The position numbers were made by a program, and so were the translations under genes. Of a DNA stretch of 27,222 nucleotides, positions 18,309 through 26,619 are shown piece by piece. Numbering within the stretch: the first letter of the stretch is position 1; each line of letters starts with the position of its first letter. The notes beneath the pieces are model-generated. The model saw only the letters and a program-made list of their open reading frames with translations, searched no databases and had not been told where the DNA came from. Source of the DNA: a virus (Duplodnaviria > Caudoviricetes); IMG/VR virus record IMGVR_UViG_3300028638_000208, positions 1 to 27,222 of that record; one strand, written 5' to 3'.

Positions 18309-19461
18309 GGAATATTACAACAAAGAAAGAGGTGTGTATATAGAGCGCATACCAGAGAAAGATGAAGAATGGCACAAGAGGAGAAGTAATGGTATTGGAG
18401 CTTCTGATATAGGCAGAATACTTGGTCTTAATGATTACGAGGGTGGTAGTTGTATAGAGATTTTTTATGAGAAAATAGGGTTGAAACCTGCCTTTAGGGA
18501 ACCTAACAAATACACTTTTTGGGGGCATCAACAAGAAGAGTTAATTGCAAACGCTTGGAAGTATTATGACGGCACTAAAGATTCTTACATTTTCAACTAT
18601 GAAAAAAACAATAAAGTTAGAGATTGTAGAAATGTACACGGAGTTTTATCTAATGAAAAATATCCCCATTTATTTACGAACATAGACAGGTTAATAACAA
18701 AAGGCTGTTTTAAATTAACCGATGGTACAATGTTGGAAGATAATGGAATTTTAGAGTGTAAAACAGGGTCATCTTGGGTTGCCAAAAAATGGCAAGAGGG
18801 TATAGACCCCATGTATGTAATGCAGGTTCAGCAACAATTAATGATAATGGGTTTAGAATACGCAGAAATAGCCTTTTTAGAGCTTGACAATAGGGAGTTG
18901 TGGGTTTACCCAGTCGAAGCCAATAAGTCGCTTATATCTCAAATAGAAGAGCAATCTTATGTGTTTTGGTATAAAATGGTTTTACCTGCCAAAAAATTAG
19001 TAGCGGAACGAGAGTTAGAACTCAACAGAGGAAACATGGATGCGGTAAGGAAGATAGAGTACGAAATACAAAAATTAGAGCCTTCTGCCGATGGTTCTGA
19101 ACGATATAAAGATTTTATGAACCAAAGGTGGTTATCTGAACCTGATATTATAAAAGCGGATGAAAGTCAACTTATAAACGCATTAGAGTTGAAATACTAC
19201 AAAGAATTAATAAAAGAGTTAGAAAGAGATGTAACACTAAAAGAGAACATTATAAGGCAGTTTATGGGCGACAATATCAATATATCTACAAACAAAACGC
19301 CTGATACATTGGATTTTGATGAATATGGTAAAATAACATGGAAAACAGAGGGTAAAAATTTAGACAGAAAGGTATTAAGAACTATTTCGTTTAAAGGCGA
19401 TGTTTCTGATAGTATTTTGAAGTCAAAAGAACAAATTAACAATAACAAACCAAAAATTTAA
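18271..19461 (+). CDS. YqaJ-like (lambda exonuclease family) recombination nuclease
   Basis: EWHKRRSNGIGASDI, WGHQQE, NIDR, ILECKT and YVMQVQQQL. Confidence 0.9.
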   Translation: MNQTQTTQTLHSKEYYNKERGVYIERIPEKDEEWHKRRSNGIGASDIGRILGLNDYEGGSCIEIFYEKIGLKPAFREPNKYTFWGHQQEELIANAWKYYDGTKDSYIFNYEKNNKVRDCRNVHGVLSNEKYPHLFTNIDRLITKGCFKLTDGTMLEDNGILECKTGSSWVAKKWQEGIDPMYVMQVQQQLMIMGLEYAEIAFLELDNRELWVYPVEANKSLISQIEEQSYVFWYKMVLPAKKLVAERELELNRGNMDAVRKIEYEIQKLEPSADGSERYKDFMNQRWLSEPDIIKADESQLINALELKYYKELIKELERDVTLKENIIRQFMGDNINISTNKTPDTLDFDEYGKITWKTEGKNLDRKVLRTISFKGDVSDSILKSKEQINNNKPKI

Positions 19462-19466
19462 TTATT

Positions 19467-19964
19467 ATGGAGTTTAACTTAGAAAACAAGGAACAAGTCT
19501 ATATTGGAATAGATGTAGGAGGTTCGGGTGCTATTGCGATAACAAATGGTAGAGAAATACTTAATGTTATAACTAATGATAATACAGATGCAGATTTATC
19601 TGAATTTATACAAGAAGCTAAAGATAGGTATGATATAGTTAAATGTATGATTGAGAATGTACACTCAATGCCAAAACAAGGTGTTTCATCTTCTTTTAAG
19701 TTTGGAGAATCAAAGGGTTTTTTAAGAGGACTTATAGTGGCACACAAAATACCATTTGAAGAAGCCAGTCCTCAAAAATGGATGAAACATTATGGATTAT
19801 CAGGAAAGGGTTTTGATAGCAAAACAGAACATAAGAACAACTTAAAAAATTATGCTCAACGGCTGTACCCAAATATGAAAATAACGCTTAAAACTGCCGA
19901 TGCAATTCTTTTAGCACATTACTCTTTTTTAATTAACAACAACCTATACAATAATGAAAGATAA
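19467..19964 (+). CDS. RuvC-like Holliday junction resolvase
   Basis: YIGIDVGGSGAIA, IENVHSMPKQGVSSSFKFG, SPQKWMK and ADAILLA. Confidence 0.85.
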   Translation: MEFNLENKEQVYIGIDVGGSGAIAITNGREILNVITNDNTDADLSEFIQEAKDRYDIVKCMIENVHSMPKQGVSSSFKFGESKGFLRGLIVAHKIPFEEASPQKWMKHYGLSGKGFDSKTEHKNNLKNYAQRLYPNMKITLKTADAILLAHYSFLINNNLYNNER

Positions 19965-20175
19965 CAATACAGCAGAAGGATTGAATGTAAAAACCATAAA
20001 TGGTAAGCATGGGTCATTTCAGGTATTAAGGGTTTACATACCAAAGTTCAGTAAATGGATAGAAGAAAACAAAGATAAAAACGATTGTATTACTTTGGCG
20101 TTATACCCAAGAAGGGAAGCCGATGAATACAACAATACTCATACTCCAAAGAAATTCACTTCTAATAACCAATAA
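19954..20175 (+). CDS. Small hypothetical protein in replication module (possibly nucleic-acid binding)
   Basis: 73 aa, overlapping both neighbours in the operon. Confidence 0.6.
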   Translation: MKDNNTAEGLNVKTINGKHGSFQVLRVYIPKFSKWIEENKDKNDCITLALYPRREADEYNNTHTPKKFTSNNQ

Positions 20176-21905
20176 TGGGTAAAATATCACAAAACACTAT
20201 TAAATCAGTTTCGTCTATAAATATTGTAGATGTGATAGGTTCGTATATCCACCTAAAGAAACAAGGTGGTATATATAGAGCCTGTTGTCCTTTTCACAAT
20301 GAGAAAACGCCATCTTTTATAGTAAATCAAAACAACAACTTCTATAAGTGTTTTGGGTGTGGCGAGGGAGGGGATGTTATTTCTTTTGTAATGAAATATG
20401 AAGCATTATCTTTTTACGACACAATAACCACACTTTGTGATAAATACAAAATCGAACTAAAAGAAGATGGAGGTAATGAGTTAGATGCAACCCAACTTGA
20501 AACCAATAAGATATTAGAAATAAATAAAGTTACTACTGAATTTTTTACATATAAACTACCAAACAGTTTGTCTCATAGACTGATAAAAGAAAGAGGGTTA
20601 AGCGATGAAGTGATTAGTTTATTTCAAATAGGACATACATCTTCTTTATACTCACAACTTTATAAGTACCTTATAGAAAAAGGTTTTACCAATGAAGAAG
20701 TATCTAAATATGGATTATGTAGAATTAAAGCCGATAACACTTATTATGATACGTTTAGGGATAGGACAATATTTCCTATACACAATAGCATAGGAAAGGT
20801 TGTTGGTTTTTCTGCAAGAAGAAATATTGAAACAATGCAACCTAAATATATTAATACATCAGAGAATAGAGTATTTAAAAAATCAAAAGAGCTTTTTGGG
20901 TTGTATTTTGCAAAAAAACACATTACAGAAAAAGACGAAGCCATAGTAGTAGAGGGCGCAACAGATGTTATTTCTTTGTTTGACAATGGTGTAAAAAACA
21001 CAGTAGGAACACTTGGAACTGCTTTTACCACAGAACACGCTACAACACTAAAGAGATACACACAAAATATTGTTATCTTATATGATGGAGATAACGCTGG
21101 ATTAAAGGCAACATTTAATGCTTGTGAAGAATTATTAAAAGCAGGTATGAATATTTATATATGTCCTCTACCTAAAGATAAAGACCCTGATAATATTGCA
21201 AGGGAATTAAAAAACAAAACCAATGGTTATATACAGTCCAATAAAATAGAATTTATAAAACATAGAATATCTTTATTAAAAGACTTTAATATAATAGACA
21301 AAGTTAAGTTGGCAAAAGAATTAATTAGGATGATTAATTTACATCCCGATAAAATTACAAGAGACATATTACTTCAAACGTACAATAAAGAGTTTGGCTT
21401 TAACAATACAACAAAACCAAAAAAACATCACACTGTATTAGAAATAGAGAAAGAAACAAATATAGAACTCCATTTAATTCGTATTATTTTGATTTACCTA
21501 AATGAGTGGAATATATTAAACTACTTTAATAATATAGATAAAAATTTTTATCCTGATATGTTTGAAAACAAAAGATGTCTATTGTTTTTTGAGTATATAA
21601 ATAGTGAAGATTGCGAAAGTTTTGAACTATCTGATTTCATACACAATAAAGATGTTGCTGTGCGTGAAATATCTAATCTTGCATTAGGATTAGATTACAA
21701 TATAGAAAATACAGAACAATACGACATAGAAAGCACATTGTATTCTTTTGAACTTAAAGTTGCAGAAAGGCTTAAAAACAAAATACTACTAAACCCCACA
21801 TTGGACTATAAACACAAATTAAAGGTAATAACTAAACACGAAAATATTATACAACAAAACATAATTAAACTAAGTGAAAATAAAAACCAAAATATACTTG
21901 CATAA
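20175..21905 (+). CDS. dnaG: DNA primase
   Basis: CHC2 zinc finger CCPFHNEKTPSF...CFGC, KYINT, TOPRIM VVEGATD, YDGDNAG and KDPD. Confidence 0.95.
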   Translation: MGKISQNTIKSVSSINIVDVIGSYIHLKKQGGIYRACCPFHNEKTPSFIVNQNNNFYKCFGCGEGGDVISFVMKYEALSFYDTITTLCDKYKIELKEDGGNELDATQLETNKILEINKVTTEFFTYKLPNSLSHRLIKERGLSDEVISLFQIGHTSSLYSQLYKYLIEKGFTNEEVSKYGLCRIKADNTYYDTFRDRTIFPIHNSIGKVVGFSARRNIETMQPKYINTSENRVFKKSKELFGLYFAKKHITEKDEAIVVEGATDVISLFDNGVKNTVGTLGTAFTTEHATTLKRYTQNIVILYDGDNAGLKATFNACEELLKAGMNIYICPLPKDKDPDNIARELKNKTNGYIQSNKIEFIKHRISLLKDFNIIDKVKLAKELIRMINLHPDKITRDILLQTYNKEFGFNNTTKPKKHHTVLEIEKETNIELHLIRIILIYLNEWNILNYFNNIDKNFYPDMFENKRCLLFFEYINSEDCESFELSDFIHNKDVAVREISNLALGLDYNIENTEQYDIESTLYSFELKVAERLKNKILLNPTLDYKHKLKVITKHENIIQQNIIKLSENKNQNILA

Positions 21906-21928
21906 TTAAAAAACTATACTTATATTTG
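21898..21928 (+). promoter_or_regulatory. Bacteroidota consensus promoter
   Basis: TTG-N20-TATATTTG, 6 nt before the ATG at 21935. Confidence 0.7.
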
Positions 21929-21934
21929 CACACT

Positions 21935-22135
21935 ATGAATAAAGTTACAAAAAAAATGAACGTTGCACACAAGCATATTGTAGATGCAATGAAAGAAAAA
22001 AATATGAGTGCCTACAAATTGGCACCCATATCAGGGTTGACATATCCGACAGTTAGGAGGTTTGTCACAAAGACAAACATCAACATAACGCTGGAGAGTT
22101 ATTTCAAAATGTGCGTAGCGTTGGGAGTTGATTGA
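21935..22135 (+). CDS. Cro/C1-type HTH regulator
   Basis: MKEKNMSAYKLAPISGLTYPTVRRF...ITLESYFKMCVALGV; ATG at 21935. Confidence 0.8.
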   Translation: MNKVTKKMNVAHKHIVDAMKEKNMSAYKLAPISGLTYPTVRRFVTKTNINITLESYFKMCVALGVD

Positions 22136-22280
22136 AAAAATTAAATTAAAAACAATTACAATTTAGATGCACAATGAAAGTAACACTAAAAAATAACGAA
22201 AAAAAACTAAACAATTAAAGAATTACCGTTTTGTAGTGAAAAATAATTAATATGATACTATGCAACAACACAGAATTATT

Positions 22281-22688
22281 ATGGTAAAGTTAGAAATTAC
22301 AGAAAAACAAGCATATTTAATTATGGATGCGCTTGACCTTTATAGCAGAATTGGAATGGGGCAATTTGATAAAATTAAAGACCATCCAACCATTCAAAAT
22401 AATATATGGGATAATCATAGAGATGAGTATCACGATTTTGCAGACAAAGAATTAATGATTGTTAGGAATAAATTATTTGATATAAGTTACGGACTTAATG
22501 GTAGTCAAGGAATACATAGTACTAAAATTGATGATACTAACAGATTGGCTTTTGATATAAAACAAGTGATAAGGCATGAGTTTTGGAAATGTGAGCCTAA
22601 TAGAAGTTCTATGACTGTAGATTCGCATATACATTTTACATCTACCGATGGGGAAAGTTGTAAGATTAAATGTGAAGTAATCAAATGA
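22281..22688 (+). CDS. Hypothetical phage protein
   Basis: Plausible ORF (MVKLEITEKQAYLIMDALDLYSRIGMGQF...); start could be 22260. Confidence 0.7.
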   Translation: MVKLEITEKQAYLIMDALDLYSRIGMGQFDKIKDHPTIQNNIWDNHRDEYHDFADKELMIVRNKLFDISYGLNGSQGIHSTKIDDTNRLAFDIKQVIRHEFWKCEPNRSSMTVDSHIHFTSTDGESCKIKCEVIK

Positions 22689-22727
22689 TGTTATATTATT
22701 TAACTCACAAATAGACTAAAGTTTAAT

Positions 22728-22925
22728 ATGAAAGTAACACTAAAAATAAACGGAACAAAGGAGTTAAGCATCACTCCTGATACGCCATTGGAACACGAGT
22801 TTATGGCGTTGATAAAAGAAGCAGAAAAGTATGAAGTGGTCAAAGAGCCGAACTCAAACACATTTATTTTTAAATTAATAAAAGAAATCAATGACAATCC
22901 ATCCGGCAACATTCGTAACGCTTAA
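22728..22925 (+). CDS. Hypothetical protein
   Basis: 65-aa ORF in operon orientation with A-rich upstream context. Confidence 0.6.
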   Translation: MKVTLKINGTKELSITPDTPLEHEFMALIKEAEKYEVVKEPNSNTFIFKLIKEINDNPSGNIRNA

Positions 22926-23316
22926 TCCTATCGGAAAGATGGAGTATTTGGAGAGCCTAATGCTTCTTGAACGGAACAGACAAAATCCTCCACCGGATAA
23001 GATAGATATAGTTAAATTGTCGTTATTTTTAAAAGAAGCGTATCCAATGATATTTACGTTACGAAAAACACGTGACATCGTAGCGTATCGTTTCTCCATT
23101 GCTTCTGTCCTTTACAACCTTAAATCTGTTATAGGATTAGGATATAGTGACATAGGCAGGATGCTAAGACGTGACCATGCCACTATAATTTATGCGGTAA
23201 AAACTACTGCTAAATGGTACGAGTGTGTAGGTTATGATTATGAGATAGGAATCTATGAAGATGTAAATGCAAGTGTTACTGGTTGGATTAAATCATTTAT
23301 GTATGGAACGATTTAA
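22891..23316 (+). CDS. DnaA C-terminal (domain IV)-like HTH protein
   Basis: RKTRDIVAYR...LGYSDIGRMLRRDHATIIYAVK matches the DnaA_C signature IG..F.RDH.T. Confidence 0.75.
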   Translation: MTIHPATFVTLNPIGKMEYLESLMLLERNRQNPPPDKIDIVKLSLFLKEAYPMIFTLRKTRDIVAYRFSIASVLYNLKSVIGLGYSDIGRMLRRDHATIIYAVKTTAKWYECVGYDYEIGIYEDVNASVTGWIKSFMYGTI

Positions 23317-23839
23317 TGTAGAAGTTGTAAATGATGAAAAAAAACTTATTGAAAGAGAGCAACACTACATTGATAACCTAAAGCCTATTTACAATATTTG
23401 TAGGGTTGCTGGTAGTTCATTAGGTCTGAAAAGAACAAATGACACAAGGGATAAAATCAGAGCAGCAAATTTAGGCATTAAACATCCGCAATGGAGAAAT
23501 GAAATAAAGTCAAAAGCACAAGGCGGAGAAAATCATTGGACTAAAAGAAAAGGGTTCAGCAACAAAAGCAAAAAACAAATGAGTGCAACCCATAAAGAAA
23601 AATATAGAAGCGGATATAGAAATCCATTGAAGGGAACAAGATATACAGCAGAAAGGATAGAAGCAATGAGGATTATGTCAAGCCAACCAATTATCCAATA
23701 TGACCTAAATTTAAACCCAGTAAAAGAATGGAATAGTGCGAAAGAAGCAAAACAATGCGGATTTATTCCGTCAAATATTAGTGCCTGCATAAACGGATTA
23801 AGAAAAACACATAAAAAATTTATATGGAAAAGAAAATAA
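23303..23839 (+). CDS. N-terminally truncated GIY-YIG homing endonuclease (NUMOD3/NUMOD1-type DNA-binding modules)
   Basis: LIEREQHYIDNLKPIYN (end of GIY-YIG domain), NUMOD3-like repeats and C-terminal QYDLNLNPVKEWNSAKEA...SNISACINGLRKTHKKFIW. The GIY and YIG motifs are absent. Confidence 0.75.
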   Translation: MERFNVEVVNDEKKLIEREQHYIDNLKPIYNICRVAGSSLGLKRTNDTRDKIRAANLGIKHPQWRNEIKSKAQGGENHWTKRKGFSNKSKKQMSATHKEKYRSGYRNPLKGTRYTAERIEAMRIMSSQPIIQYDLNLNPVKEWNSAKEAKQCGFIPSNISACINGLRKTHKKFIWKRK

Positions 23840-24294
23840 CACCTATTACCATCTGCATTGACTTTGACGGAACATGTGTAACGCACGAATTTCCAAAAGT
23901 TGGCAAAGACATTGGTGCTGTGCCTGTCTTAAAGAAGCTTATTGAAAGCGGACATCAATTAGTGTTATTCACAATGCGAAGTGATATAGTTAACCCAACT
24001 GGAGAAGATAATGAGCTTCATTTAGAAAGTGGCAACTATTTAACTGATGCTGTGAATTGGTTTAAAGAAAATGAAATACCGCTGTATGGTATACAAACCA
24101 ACCCAACGCAACACACTTGGACTACAAGCCCGAAAGCATACGCACAACTTTACATTGATGATGCTGCTTTAGGTTGCCCACTTTTGTATGGAAACTTTGG
24201 CGAAAATGGAGAAGGATTTTATTTTGATAAACCGCAAGTTGATTGGGAAAAGGTAAAAGATATTCTAATTAAAAACGGAATTATCAATGTGTAA
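23824..24294 (+). CDS. HAD-superfamily phosphatase (BT0820-like)
   Basis: ICIDFDGT (motif I), LFTMR (II) and KAYAQLYIDD (III/IV). Confidence 0.85.
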   Translation: MEKKITPITICIDFDGTCVTHEFPKVGKDIGAVPVLKKLIESGHQLVLFTMRSDIVNPTGEDNELHLESGNYLTDAVNWFKENEIPLYGIQTNPTQHTWTTSPKAYAQLYIDDAALGCPLLYGNFGENGEGFYFDKPQVDWEKVKDILIKNGIINV

Positions 24295-24331
24295 CGGCTC
24301 TGGGGGAAATAATTATTAAAAGTTTTATTGC

Positions 24332-24463
24332 GCCTAACGAGCCGAGTGTTGCCGAAGTGGTGGAAATCAAAAAGATGAAGCTGAATAAAGCACTAACGTT
24401 GAACAACGGTAAAATGTTCATTAAATGCACTTCCGCCACCATTTTGGCAACACTATGTTAGCG
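24332..24463 (-). repeat. attC-like recombination hairpin 1
   Basis: GCCTAAC...GTTAGCG ends enclose a 19-bp stem (24345-63 / 24436-54) with two G:T pairs on the + strand. Confidence 0.7.
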
Positions 24464-24498
24464 GTTCGGGCTTTTGTTTAATAATTAAATTTTTAAAA

Positions 24499-24732
24499 AT
24501 GTCAAATAAAAAAGTAGCTGAAAAGCGAGAAAAGAAAGTAGTTACAACCAAAACATATACAGTAACTGTACAACATTATGAAGACGGAACTCAAGGAATG
24601 TATCGCAAAAATGATGGTTTTAATCCATTAGAATTAATTGGAGTTGCTGACTTCATCGCTTTGGAAGTTAGGGAGCAAATAATGGGTAGATTAAAACCTG
24701 ATACAATCAAGCGTGAGGTTGTTGTCGATTAG
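24499..24732 (+). CDS. Cassette-borne hypothetical protein (77 aa)
   Basis: Single ORF flanked by complementary ends GTTAGCGGTTCGGGCT / AGCCTGACCGCTAAC. Confidence 0.75.
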   Translation: MSNKKVAEKREKKVVTTKTYTVTVQHYEDGTQGMYRKNDGFNPLELIGVADFIALEVREQIMGRLKPDTIKREVVVD

Positions 24733-24738
24733 CCTGAC

Positions 24739-24834
24739 CGCTAACGGTTGGGTATATGTGTTGTACGCCTGACCACAAACTTTTAAATTAAGTACAACAC
24801 TTCATTGGCGTATAACATATATACCTTGTTATGT
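24739..24834 (-). repeat. attC-like recombination hairpin 2
   Basis: CGCTAAC...GTTATGT ends enclose a 19-bp stem (24751-69 / 24807-25) with two G:T pairs on the + strand. Confidence 0.7.
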
Positions 24835-24855
24835 GCCGTTAAATTTCAAAACAAA

Positions 24856-25161
24856 ATGGAAAAATATTTTATTTTAAATGACAATGGTAAATATTATGTT
24901 ACCGAAGGACAAGCCACTTACGATGTTGACAAGGCTTTAAAAATTGAAACATTAGAAAAATTAATCACGACAGTTCCAATAATGAAAGATTGGAATTGGG
25001 ATTATGTTGTTTATGAAGTATCGAATGGTACAATTAAAAAAGTTGACGATAAAATTTGGATGGATATGTATCGTAAATGGAAAGAAGAAAACCCCAAAGA
25101 TTATGAAAAACTTTATAGTGCATCAGGTTTCTCAAACTTTATTAGGACTACTACTCCTTAA
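24856..25161 (+). CDS. Cassette-borne hypothetical protein (101 aa)
   Basis: Likely start is the ATG at 24856 (MEKYFILN...); flanked by GTTATGTGCCGTTA / TAATGGCACATAAC. Confidence 0.75.
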   Translation: MEKYFILNDNGKYYVTEGQATYDVDKALKIETLEKLITTVPIMKDWNWDYVVYEVSNGTIKKVDDKIWMDMYRKWKEENPKDYEKLYSASGFSNFIRTTTP

Positions 25162-25165
25162 TGGC

Positions 25166-25189
25166 ACATAACTCGGAAATTTACGCAAC
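25166..25189 (-). other. Putative attI-like primary site at the end of the cassette array
   Basis: TAAC core not followed by a hairpin. The flank TCGGAAATTTACGCAAC joins the left array flank ATTGCGCCTAAC to give a dyad site. Confidence 0.5.
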
Positions 25190-25215
25190 TCAAATTAATA
25201 TATAAATACTAAATC

Positions 25216-25518
25216 ATGAAAGTAGAACACATCATTTTAAAATCGGAGCTAAAAAAGGCAAAAGCACCATTGAACAAGGAGCAATTATGCCACAAATTAG
25301 GGTGGACTTACAATAGTACCAATGACCGCAACGTAAGGCGCATATTGGCTGAAATAAAGCAAGATATTCCAATTATAGCCTTGTCGTGCAACAAAGGGTA
25401 CAAAGTGGCTAAAACAAGCCAAGAAATAGAAACACAGATAAGGGAACATCAATCGAGGATTAACGAATTGAAGAAACATATTTTGTATTTAAAGAAACAT
25501 CAAATGGAAATGAAATGA
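25216..25518 (+). CDS. Winged-HTH DNA-binding protein
   Basis: PLNKEQLCHKLGW...DRNVRRILAEIK...PIIA...KGY followed by a coiled coil. Confidence 0.65.
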   Translation: MKVEHIILKSELKKAKAPLNKEQLCHKLGWTYNSTNDRNVRRILAEIKQDIPIIALSCNKGYKVAKTSQEIETQIREHQSRINELKKHILYLKKHQMEMK

Positions 25519-25566
25519 ACGGACTTCCATACATGGAACGGAAAGGGAAACTTTAACAAAACAGAA

Positions 25567-26049
25567 TTATTTTAAAACCCACTCCTTACAAAACAACATC
25601 AATTGACCTCGCTTAGGAACAAACTCATCACCTATAAACTCACTCATATAAACCAGCATATCATTAAAGCTTCCTCTATACAACCCTACACTATTCATAA
25701 ACAATCCACACATTAACGGAACTATACTGTCTATCCCATTCCCTACAAAACAAACTCCATTTCCAATATTATACTGCTCAATAGCTTTTTCTATACCCAA
25801 CATCAAACCCCTTTTATTCAAAAAATCCTCCCTATCACTATTTAAACAGTTTATACTGCAATGAGTAGCCCTATATGCTATATCGTACTCACTATCTCCC
25901 ACCATAGGACAACACCTCTTATACCCTACATCTTCCTTGTGATAAGGATATTTAACACAATACACCTTATACACGCCTATACCCAAATCTATAACAGATT
26001 CTCCCACACACATATAAACCCTTTCACATACATTAATAATCTTCTTCAT
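25567..26049 (-). CDS. Dual-specificity phosphatase-like protein with degenerate active site
   Basis: CVKYPYHKEDVGY...EYDIAYR...SINCLNSD...VCFVGNGIDSIVP recalls phage DSP-like proteins, but there is no CX5R motif. Likely start is the ATG at 26049, overlapping the upstream gene's stop. Confidence 0.45.
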   Translation of the reverse strand: MKKIINVCERVYMCVGESVIDLGIGVYKVYCVKYPYHKEDVGYKRCCPMVGDSEYDIAYRATHCSINCLNSDREDFLNKRGLMLGIEKAIEQYNIGNGVCFVGNGIDSIVPLMCGLFMNSVGLYRGSFNDMLVYMSEFIGDEFVPKRGQLMLFCKEWVLK

Positions 26050-26599
26050 CTTCCTCCTCTTTTTCATCTCCTGTCTTAACCACAAATCCCCTACTGCTAA
26101 CATCCCTACCAAATATATCATTATCTAAATCGTAACCAAACTCCGAAAAACCCAACTTGATAACCTCATCTATATCACTAAATACTTCATGCATATTATA
26201 TTCCCTAAACTTATCCATTACCTTGTTAATAGCTCCATAATAACACTCCACCAAAACCCTACCCTCATAAGTCAAACTGTATCTCGTAAAGTCCGCATCA
26301 ACCTCACCACTAACTAACATCTTAACTCCATGCACCAACTCCGATTCTATATAACCCCTCGTCTCTAATATCAACATTCGCTTGTGATGAAAACGATACC
26401 TCAATCCTCCTAACTCGTCCATTCGCATAGGTCTATCATACAAATACAAATTCAACAGCACCCTTAAATGGTTTATCTTTATCCCTAATGCCTTTGCAAA
26501 CCGAAACATCGTCATATCCCCCATAAATGTCATCAATACTAATATACGCTCATACCCAAGCTCGTCCAACTTCTTATTATCCATAGTCTTTCTTCCCAT
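26033..26599 (-). CDS. MarR-like winged-HTH protein
   Basis: HLRVLLNLYL...LETRGYIE...RYSLTYEGR with an acidic C-terminus; start codon uncertain (26608/26599/26584). Confidence 0.55.
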   Translation of the reverse strand: MGRKTMDNKKLDELGYERILVLMTFMGDMTMFRFAKALGIKINHLRVLLNLYLYDRPMRMDELGGLRYRFHHKRMLILETRGYIESELVHGVKMLVSGEVDADFTRYSLTYEGRVLVECYYGAINKVMDKFREYNMHEVFSDIDEVIKLGFSEFGYDLDNDIFGRDVSSRGFVVKTGDEKEEEDEEDY

Positions 26600-26619
26600 A
26601 CTATTCACCTTTTTAATCC

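Noticed and set aside
9085-21905. Introns or inteins in TerL, DnaB or DnaG
   Set aside because: Lengths and motif spacing are normal and the frames are uninterrupted.
24289-24305. GTGTAAC at the HAD gene stop as a third cassette end
   Set aside because: No following stem and no matching GTTACAC upstream of the gene found; at most a remnant.
24805-24855. N-terminal extension MAYNIYTLLCAVKFQNK of the 24805 ORF
   Set aside because: Runs through the attC-like hairpin arm; the ATG at 24856 with an A-rich leader is more plausible.
24332-25189. CRISPR array or simple terminators as an explanation for the hairpins
   Set aside because: The hairpins differ in sequence, are separated by whole genes, lack U tracts and show cross-cassette complementarity.
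17116-26079. Short minus-strand ORFs within the replication/accessory arm and plus ORF 25861-26079
   Set aside because: Antisense shadows with no motifs.
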